Origin: a virus
Taxonomy: Duplodnaviria; Caudoviricetes
IMG/VR virus record: IMGVR_UViG_3300032335_000252
Span: 1-24,535 of that record
Direction: 5' to 3' (one strand)
DNA: 24,535 nt
The notes below the pieces were generated by a model that made no database searches, had not been told where the DNA came from, and saw nothing but the letters and a program-made list of their open reading frames with translations. Made by a program: the position numbers and the translations under genes. Below, piece by piece: positions 17,442 to 23,693 of the stretch. Within the stretch, counting starts at the first letter, position 1; each line of letters opens with the position of its first letter.

Positions 17442-17655
17442 GAAAACCAATCCCTTCCTGTTCCATAATTATTTTGTACAAATCTCCTTTAATACTACAC
17501 GCAAAACAGGAGAATGCATTAACCTCTGTGTTAACTGTTGCTGAAGCGTGACGGTCAGAATGAAAAGGACACTTCATACTGCGCCATCCTCTGCCAGATG
17601 GAACCTTAACAGCCCCATATAGCATCAACACTTTTGCAATAGGTGAATCAGACAT
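17239..17655 (-). CDS. DNA primase, CHC2 zinc-finger part
   Basis: CPFH.D..AS...F.CFAC..KGD...IIMEQEG..F.EA motif. Confidence 0.88.
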   Translation of the reverse strand: MSDSPIAKVLMLYGAVKVPSGRGWRSMKCPFHSDRHASATVNTEVNAFSCFACSIKGDLYKIIMEQEGIGFREAKSRAEEIVGTSDIALPKVNQLGRRVSRQEGTITSRRREVSSGGSEPTTRRSRSVREQTGDTLPN

Positions 17656-17983
17656 CAAGTTCCCTTATTAAAGATAAGAACATATACACTGGCATTGTTG
17701 CATACCATTCGCCAACATCTAATGTTCCTCTTCTTTTATGAATGACTGCACCTGTTACAGCATCAGCGTTATCTACCTCTACTTCTAACTCTTTAACCCA
17801 ACCAGATAGTTCCATCTTCTTGTGGTCTTTAACTTCAAATACCACATCATCAATACCTGAGATGTCACCTTTGTCTAAACTACCTTGTAGTGCACGGCGT
17901 TCTGCTTTAGGGAAACCATTTGCTTTAAGGTATTTAACAACAGCAGTTTCTGCAGCAGTACCTTTTTGTTTAGACTTGCTCAT
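17648..17983 (-). CDS. Holliday junction resolvase-like PD-(D/E)XK nuclease
   Basis: KQKG..AE..V..YL...G, D.GDI and EVK motifs. AGGTGA SD precedes ATG 17983. Confidence 0.8.
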   Translation of the reverse strand: MSKSKQKGTAAETAVVKYLKANGFPKAERRALQGSLDKGDISGIDDVVFEVKDHKKMELSGWVKELEVEVDNADAVTGAVIHKRRGTLDVGEWYATMPVYMFLSLIRELDV

Positions 17984-18065
17984 CTTCACCTATATTCGAT
18001 TCGTTGTTACAAGTGCAGTACCAAATGGATGAACAGATATAACATCTGCCATCCATATTTCTCAT
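17970..18065 (-). CDS. 31-aa Cys-rich micro-protein (not in ORF track)
   Basis: An ATGA overlap with the helicase stop gives MRNMDGRCYICSSIWYCTCNNESNIGEDEQV*, which fills the gap. Confidence 0.55.
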   Translation of the reverse strand: MRNMDGRCYICSSIWYCTCNNESNIGEDEQV

Positions 18066-18850
18066 AAAGATTCTCTTGGGTCAGCGAGATACATAAACTC
18101 TGGATTGAATGACAGATAAACTGGTTCATTGCCAGAAGCGTTTGCTTTACCGTAACGATTCTTTACTGGTGCAACACCCATCATACCGTTAGGTGTTTGA
18201 CCTATGGTACAAATCAATGCTGGTAGTTGTGAAACTTTACCTTGAATTGCTGACCTTGGTGGGCAAGGGTTACTATCAAAGGCTTCACTTGTGTGATGAA
18301 GAATAAGAATCGCAGCGTTAGTATCTCGTGCTAAGAATTTTATTTCTTTCATAGTCTGACGCATACTAGACCACTCTTCGCCACCACCATCAGTGATATC
18401 GATAAGGTTATCTAACACAATCAAGTGTGGGTTCTCACCGTGTACTTCTTCAAATGAAAGTACCTCTTCATCTAAATCAGATAAAGATGGTGCTGCATCA
18501 AATGACCAGAAGATATGACTTGAACCTTTATTGATTGCATCTCTAGCAAACTTAACATCTGATGATAAAAGTTTCTCTGCTTCATCTTGGCTCTTACCTG
18601 TAAGCATTGAGAACAAACGCATACTCATTGTGTGTGCACCTGTATCTGCTGATACATACAACGTAGGAACTTTCATCCAAGTTGCTAACGCCAAAGCAAG
18701 TGTTGATTTACCAGCACCAGGGGCACCAGCAAACATACTTACTTCGCTACGGCGTAAAACAATTTGGGAATATTCAAACGTCCTGAACACAGGTGGCAAT
18801 GGTTCGCCACCTGATTCAGTTTTACCAATTGTTCTAGTGAGTGTTCTCAC
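18062..18850 (-). CDS. DnaB/RecA-fold helicase (ATPase domain only)
   Basis: Walker A GAPGAGKST, Walker B LIVLDN, LHH and VKNRYG motifs. Confidence 0.88.
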   Translation of the reverse strand: MRTLTRTIGKTESGGEPLPPVFRTFEYSQIVLRRSEVSMFAGAPGAGKSTLALALATWMKVPTLYVSADTGAHTMSMRLFSMLTGKSQDEAEKLLSSDVKFARDAINKGSSHIFWSFDAAPSLSDLDEEVLSFEEVHGENPHLIVLDNLIDITDGGGEEWSSMRQTMKEIKFLARDTNAAILILHHTSEAFDSNPCPPRSAIQGKVSQLPALICTIGQTPNGMMGVAPVKNRYGKANASGNEPVYLSFNPEFMYLADPRESL

Positions 18851-19279
18851 TTATGCAACCCAACCAACTTCGCCACGTTTAATCCACATTGGTTGACATT
18901 GGTCTGGTGTTCCTTTAGCAGATGGACACATCCACGCTTGCCAAGGACCTTTAGCACCTTGTCCACTCTTATGTTTCTTTGGACCGTGATGACAGGTAGG
19001 TGCAGGATATGAACCAAGTGTTGATGGTGGTGCTACTGGACCACTACCAATGTTAGGTTCAGTCACAACACTTGTTGCACCTAACGCTTGTGCAGCGTAA
19101 GCAACAGGGTCTTGTCCGTGAACAACATCTTCTAATGCACCAATGATTAAGTTAATGTTGCCACCAACTGCATCAGCAATGTGTGTAGAGAATGTTTCGA
19201 AATCATCTGCACGCAATGTGAGGATGGTTCCGTTTCTTGTTTTCATACTAACAGAAAACAGTGCTTCATTTGTTGCCAT
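18851..19279 (-). CDS. Conserved actinophage replication-region protein with C-terminal Cys/His motif
   Basis: C-HG...W.AWMCP...C.P.W motif, positioned between the exonuclease and helicase as in mycobacteriophage replication cassettes. Confidence 0.65.
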   Translation of the reverse strand: MATNEALFSVSMKTRNGTILTLRADDFETFSTHIADAVGGNINLIIGALEDVVHGQDPVAYAAQALGATSVVTEPNIGSGPVAPPSTLGSYPAPTCHHGPKKHKSGQGAKGPWQAWMCPSAKGTPDQCQPMWIKRGEVGWVA

Positions 19280-19940
19280 TGATTTCTCCTAACTCGGTAG
19301 ACTTTTCCCCATCTACCCAATAGCAGTACTCCTGAACAGAGCACAGTTTACACGATTCAAAATTAGGTAGATAAAGATTATCTTCTCTTGCCTTTTGGAA
19401 GAGAGCAATCATCTCATCTAATTTCTTTAATGTAAATTTATTTAATCTAACAGGTGCAGTAGTGCCACCTTGTCTTGCCATCCAGTATGCACCAAAGTCT
19501 GGTCGCACACCAGTTGCACGTTCTAACATACAAGCATACACCTGTAATTGTAAGTCTGATTGTGGTGTACGCACACCTGTTTTCAAATCAACAATAATGA
19601 TTTCTCTTTCAGGTGTAATGAACACACGGTCAACTGCACCTTTAAGATTGATACCACCTGTTTCAATTTCCATCATCAACTCTATAGCAGGTACACCTTG
19701 AGGTGTTGTCCAGATATTCCAACCTGAACCTTTACGCCAAGCAATCCAAGAGTCAAGGAACTTACGACCATTGTCGTACCACCATTCAGCGTTCTCACCA
19801 TCAGGGTTTGCTTTAGTTGTACGTGATGATTGACGTAAGTTTTTTATATCAAGGTTTGGGTCTTGATATTTTTTTATCTCTTCAATCTCAGCGTTCCACG
19901 CATCATCCCAGACTTTATTCAAGTCTATTGTTATGTCCAA
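19266..19940 (-). CDS. Cas4/RecB-like exonuclease, C-terminal fragment
   Basis: AIEL, G.VDRV, VDLKTG, QLQVYA and C-x2-C-x5-C (CKLCSVQEYC). TTG start with AAAGGTGA SD. Confidence 0.85.
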   Translation of the reverse strand: MDITIDLNKVWDDAWNAEIEEIKKYQDPNLDIKNLRQSSRTTKANPDGENAEWWYDNGRKFLDSWIAWRKGSGWNIWTTPQGVPAIELMMEIETGGINLKGAVDRVFITPEREIIIVDLKTGVRTPQSDLQLQVYACMLERATGVRPDFGAYWMARQGGTTAPVRLNKFTLKKLDEMIALFQKAREDNLYLPNFESCKLCSVQEYCYWVDGEKSTELGEINGNK

Positions 19941-20323
19941 AATAATCTATCACCTTTTTCTATTGGCAAGAAAGAAACTGCTTTAGTTACTTTCTCTTTG
20001 TTATCGAACTCTGTTGTGGCTGGCAAGTTATCTTGGTCAGTCCAAACTAAATCATCAAACTTATCCAAGTTAAAAGACCATACACCTTCAGGTGTTGAGT
20101 TGATATACAGTGGTGCCATCAACTTACTTCTTGCTTCATCAACCAATCTATCGTACTTAGATTTTTCAATCAGCAATGTACTGTAATGGGTGTGTCTACA
20201 TTTCAATTCAATGTAAGCATTAAGTATCTCTGAAGTGCAATCGAAAGTTGAGTACTCGTTCTCTGCCTTCTTCAAGTCAGGTATCAACTCTGCTAGTTGG
20301 TCAAACAATTCTTCTTCAGACAT
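19931..20323 (-). CDS. PD-(D/E)XK-type nuclease-like protein lying between the exonuclease halves
   Basis: FDC...YIELKCR...IEK.KY motif, overlapping both flanking ORFs. Confidence 0.7.
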   Translation of the reverse strand: MSEEELFDQLAELIPDLKKAENEYSTFDCTSEILNAYIELKCRHTHYSTLLIEKSKYDRLVDEARSKLMAPLYINSTPEGVWSFNLDKFDDLVWTDQDNLPATTEFDNKEKVTKAVSFLPIEKGDRLFWT

Positions 20324-20519
20324 TTATCTCATCCCAAAGTTGACGGTCATAAGTTTCTGTTGCTCTATGCACAGCACTACCACCAAGTGTCCAAGTAGCA
20401 GGCTGTTCCTCAACTTGTTGAATACGAGTTAAGTAATAGCGATAACCACAGGACAACCAAGTGGTAATGCTTGAATAGGAAACGTGTTCAGGTACATCGT
20501 ATCCGTTTATCTTTAACAC
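20316..20519 (-). CDS. Cas4/RecB-like exonuclease, N-terminal fragment
   Basis: H.SYSS...W..C..RYYL.R...GSAVH.A.E, the canonical N-terminus of PD-(D/E)XK_1/Cas4-like nucleases. AGGAGG SD before GTG. Confidence 0.85.
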   Translation of the reverse strand: MLKINGYDVPEHVSYSSITTWLSCGYRYYLTRIQQVEEQPATWTLGGSAVHRATETYDRQLWDEINV

Positions 20520-20549
20520 TTTATCCTCCTCTGATTACCGTTAGGGTTC

Positions 20550-20593
20550 GATAGTGGGCAGGGTGAAAGGTGAGAGAAAGCCCACCCACTATC
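20550..20593. other. Stem-loop upstream of the exonuclease operon
   Basis: GATAGTGGG (20550-58) and CCCACTATC (20585-93) form an inverted repeat, with an inner GGG/CCC and a purine-rich loop on +. Confidence 0.6.
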
Positions 20594-20609
20594 CTCAGTA
20601 TAGTCTAGG

Positions 20610-20641
20610 TTTACCTCTGATGCAACTAGCATCAGGGTAAA
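20610..20641. other. Second stem-loop
   Basis: TTTACC-T-CTGATGC [AACTA] GCATCAG-GGTAAA. Confidence 0.6.
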
Positions 20642-20655
20642 GTATAATATAACAC

Positions 20656-20672
20656 AGTTTCTATTAGAAACT
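20656..20672. promoter_or_regulatory. Palindromic operator-like site, copy 1
   Basis: AGTTTCTA-T-TAGAAACT, a perfect dyad whose core recurs at 22791 and 23679. Confidence 0.7.
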
Positions 20673-20785
20673 AAGTTATATTATATTATATAATATAACA
20701 TAAGTTATGTTATATTATGTTATATAATATTATATTATATAATATAACTACTAAGTTATATTATATATTATATTATATAATATTA
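20672..20785. repeat. AT-rich TTATA/TATAA repeat tract, putative replication origin or divergent promoter region
   Basis: Nearly pure A/T. TAAGTTAT occurs at 20672, 20701 and 20752, with an internal dyad GTTATATTATA-TTA-TATAATATAAC (20675-20699). Confidence 0.65.
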
Positions 20786-20799
20786 CTGGTTGGAGATTA

Positions 20800-21141
20800 A
20801 TGATAATACCAATAATCCCTGTCCCTGATGTATCTGATGTGCAGATTGAAAGGCAATTGCCTGCTGAAGTATCTCGTTCATACGTCAGACTGCAAGTCAA
20901 ATACGAAGGTTGGACAGGAGACGAATGGGTATGCCTTGATGAACTAGTTAGACGTGAGTCTACTTGGTCAAACATTGCAGACAATCCCAAGTCGTCAGCC
21001 TATGGTTTGTTTCAAATGCTTAAGACCCCTAAAGGTTTGAGCATTGGTGAACAAACAGAACGTGGTATAAGGTACATTAAGAAGCGTTATGATACGCCTT
21101 GTAATGCATTAAACCACCACGATAAACGTGGGTTCTATTGA
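20800..21141 (+). CDS. Lysozyme-like lytic transglycosylase (SLT-type) domain protein
   Basis: Catalytic Glu in RES.W, NP.SSAYGLFQ and Q...G..YI..RY..PC.A..H motifs. GGAG SD. Confidence 0.82.
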   Translation: MIIPIIPVPDVSDVQIERQLPAEVSRSYVRLQVKYEGWTGDEWVCLDELVRRESTWSNIADNPKSSAYGLFQMLKTPKGLSIGEQTERGIRYIKKRYDTPCNALNHHDKRGFY

Positions 21142-21245
21142 TGTTGCCGTAACCGTTCTCGTGCAGTTAACTGCGATTGTTTGTAGTATGCTGTTGCATA
21201 CACAACAGTAGTTAATCCAAGAACAACCGTAATAATCCAGCCCAT
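21135..21245 (-). CDS. 36-aa single-TM membrane protein (not in ORF track)
   Basis: GAGGAG SD and TAATG overlap give MGWIITVVLGLTTVVYATAYYKQSQLTARERLRQHQ*. Confidence 0.65.
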   Translation of the reverse strand: MGWIITVVLGLTTVVYATAYYKQSQLTARERLRQHQ

Positions 21246-21448
21246 TACTTCTCCTCTATCATCGAATCGATTGGTATTGGTGGAGTAATGGGTTGGTCAC
21301 AAGACCAACAAGTTACACCATCAAGACCATATGCTGCTATCTCGTAAGTGTCTTGGTCAAATGTTATTGGAACATTAAACCAAGTACAATCACAGTGAGG
21401 GCAAACAGAAGTAGGTATCCCACTCCAATCACCCTTTGTTATCTTCAT
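21245..21448 (-). CDS. Zinc-ribbon protein (start revised to 21448)
   Basis: CPHC and CWSC pairs in the context GIPT..CP.C...YGLD...C..C...T.P.P.D. Confidence 0.75.
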   Translation of the reverse strand: MKITKGDWSGIPTSVCPHCDCTWFNVPITFDQDTYEIAAYGLDGVTCWSCDQPITPPIPIDSMIEEK

Positions 21449-21725
21449 TGTTTTCTTCTTCCTCAATCAGGTGGTCAAGATACAAACCACCGTGTTCAGT
21501 GACAGCAAATGCAAGCATACCAGACATACTGAGTATCAGTACACGTGCTTCCATCTGTGTTGCTGCTGCTTCCCACAACTCATCAGCCTTAAGAAACCTT
21601 TCTGTTTCCTCAGTGATTTGATTAGTTGCTTCCATAGATTTGATTAGTTCCTCAGCACCTTTATCAAATGCGTTGTCAACTAATGTTTCAATATCATCTT
21701 CATCTTTCTTCTTCTTACGTGCCAA
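21429..21725 (-). CDS. Hypothetical acidic protein
   Basis: 98 aa, TTG start with a strong GGGAGG SD. Confidence 0.7.
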   Translation of the reverse strand: MARKKKKDEDDIETLVDNAFDKGAEELIKSMEATNQITEETERFLKADELWEAAATQMEARVLILSMSGMLAFAVTEHGGLYLDHLIEEEENNEDNKG

Positions 21726-21996
21726 CGTGCACCTCCCTCAACGATATAGGTATCACCTTGATACCCATACTCCTTCTCATCATCATTCTTTCCCTTGTTG
21801 TTGTGCCACCCCATACACCTGACACATCATTCCTGATTGCATAATCTAAACACTCAGTAATAATTTTGCAGTCTTGGCAAAACTTTTTCTGCTCTTTTAG
21901 ATTAGCCCCTGTTCCAGGAATGTGAAACCAGTCAGGGTCTGGGTGATTAAAACACTTAGCCTCTGTTGCTTTCTCACCCAGAATAACATCAAGCAT
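21715..21996 (-). CDS. whiB: WhiB-family Fe-S transcription factor (start revised to 21996)
   Basis: C...DPDWF...C-x2-C-x5-C L.YA and GVWGG.T..ER motifs. Confidence 0.93.
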   Translation of the reverse strand: MLDVILGEKATEAKCFNHPDPDWFHIPGTGANLKEQKKFCQDCKIITECLDYAIRNDVSGVWGGTTTRERMMMRRSMGIKVIPISLREVHVGT

Positions 21997-22216
21997 TTTC
22001 CATCTCCCTTTCGTACGCATACAAAAAAGCAGATGAGTATTCTTTGATGCGTTGCAGATAGTAACTTGCTCTATCAAAATCATAGTACAAGTTATGTTCC
22101 TCTAACTTAGAAATAAAATCAGTATCATTTTCTAAGGCAGAGAATTCTATCAGTACATCACACGCGAAAGTGTTTATTCTTTCTAGTGTTGTTGTTGGTA
22201 GTTCCCACTTTGCCAT
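21989..22216 (-). CDS. Hypothetical protein
   Basis: 75 aa with a GGAGGTG SD and TAATG overlap. Confidence 0.7.
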   Translation of the reverse strand: MAKWELPTTTLERINTFACDVLIEFSALENDTDFISKLEEHNLYYDFDRASYYLQRIKEYSSAFLYAYEREMENA

Positions 22217-22437
22217 TACCTATTCACCTCCTGATTACCTAGCACGTGGTCAATAGCCTCAACGAATGCATCATTGTTCTGATATTTATGCATCGTTGCA
22301 ATGATTGCAAGCCACTCTTTAGGGGTTGCTTGCACATCAATCAAGTCTAAATCATTTTCAGAGTAGACATCGTACCAAATCTCCTCCTCCAAATCATAGT
22401 TATCTTGTAGCACTTTGATTACATCCTTTACTTTCAT
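22216..22437 (-). CDS. Hypothetical protein (start revised to 22437)
   Basis: MKVKDVIKVLQ..., with a GGAGGT SD and ATGA overlap. Confidence 0.7.
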   Translation of the reverse strand: MKVKDVIKVLQDNYDLEEEIWYDVYSENDLDLIDVQATPKEWLAIIATMHKYQNNDAFVEAIDHVLGNQEVNR

Positions 22438-22601
22438 CTGCTTACCTCCATTAATGTGTCCATACATATCTTGTATGCTTCAACATTATCTTTAGCAGAA
22501 GTTATCTTTGCCATAAAGGCATCGACTTTTTCTGGACTTAACTCACGCAACACTTGCCCTATTGCCATACGTGGGTCAATGTTTTCGTCTGTCTCTCTCA
22601 T
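22434..22601 (-). CDS. Hypothetical 55-aa protein (not in ORF track)
   Basis: MRETDENIDPRMAIGQVLRELSPEKVDAFMAKITSAKDNVEAYKICMDTLMEVSR*. It fills the gap and its stop overlaps the next ATG. Confidence 0.65.
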   Translation of the reverse strand: MRETDENIDPRMAIGQVLRELSPEKVDAFMAKITSAKDNVEAYKICMDTLMEVSR

Positions 22602-22776
22602 ACCTTTTCCATCCTTTTCTTTGTGTTGTATCTATCATCTCTGGCTGTGCGCCAGCGACATCTTCCATTAATTGCTTCAGAAAACTATGGTCTCTAAGAA
22701 ATATACGCTCAACTTTCTCGTACAAATCTTGAGCCTGTTGTTCATCTAAACCAATAGGTTGTGGTTTCTTTGCCAT
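22576..22776 (-). CDS. Hypothetical protein
   Basis: 66 aa with an AAGGGAG SD. Confidence 0.65.
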   Translation of the reverse strand: MAKKPQPIGLDEQQAQDLYEKVERIFLRDHSFLKQLMEDVAGAQPEMIDTTQRKGWKRYERDRRKH

Positions 22777-22790
22777 AGTTCTCCCTTCTT

Positions 22791-22805
22791 GTTTCTATTA
22801 GAAAC
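22791..22805. promoter_or_regulatory. Palindromic operator-like site, copy 2
   Basis: GTTTCTATTAGAAAC, containing the GATase stop codon and lying 14 nt before the next ATG. Confidence 0.7.
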
Positions 22806-23658
22806 GGTCATCCTCTATTAAGTCATACGGATGTCGTTGACCTACCTTGTATGCAGGTGTGTAGCACATACAACTTTCTTCGAAGTCCTGACATTCCATA
22901 CATACCCAACAGGTCTGACAGTATCCGTGATAGTAATCTGTTTCGGCAAAGAAGTGACCACAATAACTACAAGCCAGACCTTCCTCAACAAATTCGGTCA
23001 AGTCTTGACCATCAAGGACATACTTGCCATTACCTTTTGCTATATCGTATGACGGCACCCAACTACCAGTCCTGCCGTAAGTTGGTGTTATGTAATACGA
23101 TTGCTTGTATGAACTGTTAGACCACCAGATACCATCATCATCCCAACTACCTAACTTCTCGTTGATGATATACATAGCCTTGTTCAGTCGTCTATCTGTT
23201 GTGAACACAGCAATCTTAGAACCACCAGCCCACTTCTCTAACTTCTTAAACTTTTTCTTATTGTCTAAGATGTTAAGACGTGCAGGCAGTAAGTCCTCGG
23301 CAAACACGCGTGTGTCTGAACGCTTGTCACCAGCAGGTATCTTGACATTACTTAGGATACCATTGTGTGCAAGAATAGTATCTGGGCTACCCCCTACACG
23401 AAACGGATGACAGTTTTCTTTGACTGTTTCTCCGTGCGTTGTCATTCTTGCGTGGAACATAGCCCACCCATTTATATGTTTCTCACGAGTGGTGAGGAAC
23501 CTATCTATCACATCGTTGTGGTTCATACCACGACCAGTGATAATTGTTTTACCAGTGTGAACGGCATAACCGAACCCATCTGGATTATTAGCACAAGCGC
23601 ACACCAAAGCGTCATCGCTTGGCATTGCGTTTGGTTTTGCTACCATTAATAAACACAT
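22798..23658 (-). CDS. Class II (Ntn) glutamine amidotransferase with Cys-rich C-terminus
   Basis: MC start (Cys nucleophile), NPDG.G, HAR..THG, HPF, HNG and SDT motifs, then several CxxC pairs. Confidence 0.9.
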   Translation of the reverse strand: MCLLMVAKPNAMPSDDALVCACANNPDGFGYAVHTGKTIITGRGMNHNDVIDRFLTTREKHINGWAMFHARMTTHGETVKENCHPFRVGGSPDTILAHNGILSNVKIPAGDKRSDTRVFAEDLLPARLNILDNKKKFKKLEKWAGGSKIAVFTTDRRLNKAMYIINEKLGSWDDDGIWWSNSSYKQSYYITPTYGRTGSWVPSYDIAKGNGKYVLDGQDLTEFVEEGLACSYCGHFFAETDYYHGYCQTCWVCMECQDFEESCMCYTPAYKVGQRHPYDLIEDDRF

Positions 23659-23678
23659 ACTCTCTCCTTTTCTTTTGT

Positions 23679-23693
23679 GTTTCTAATAGAAAC
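23679..23693. promoter_or_regulatory. Palindromic operator-like site, copy 3
   Basis: GTTTCTAATAGAAAC, abutting the amidoligase stop and lying 20 nt before the GATase ATG. Confidence 0.7.

Noticed and set aside
19931-20323. Group I intron or intein interrupting the exonuclease
   Set aside because: The insert is fully occupied by one ORF, leaving no room for a ribozyme core. There are no intein terminal motifs, and both halves have their own start and stop signals.
19266-20519. CRISPR-Cas locus suggested by the Cas4-like nuclease
   Set aside because: No repeat-spacer array or other cas genes are present. Solo Cas4-like nucleases are normal in actinophage replication cassettes.
20520-20800. 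tRNA or other known RNA gene in the non-coding gap
   Set aside because: No cloverleaf could be built. The GGTTCGA near 20545 lacks a matching T-stem and acceptor stem.
21997-22083. N-terminal extension of WhiB in the ORF track
   Set aside because: It lies inside the upstream gene. ATG 21996 has a purine-rich SD and gives a normal WhiB length.
21135-22776. Pup-like tag protein to accompany the amidoligase and proteasome-like gene
   Set aside because: None of the small ORFs I translated ends in GGE or GGQ.
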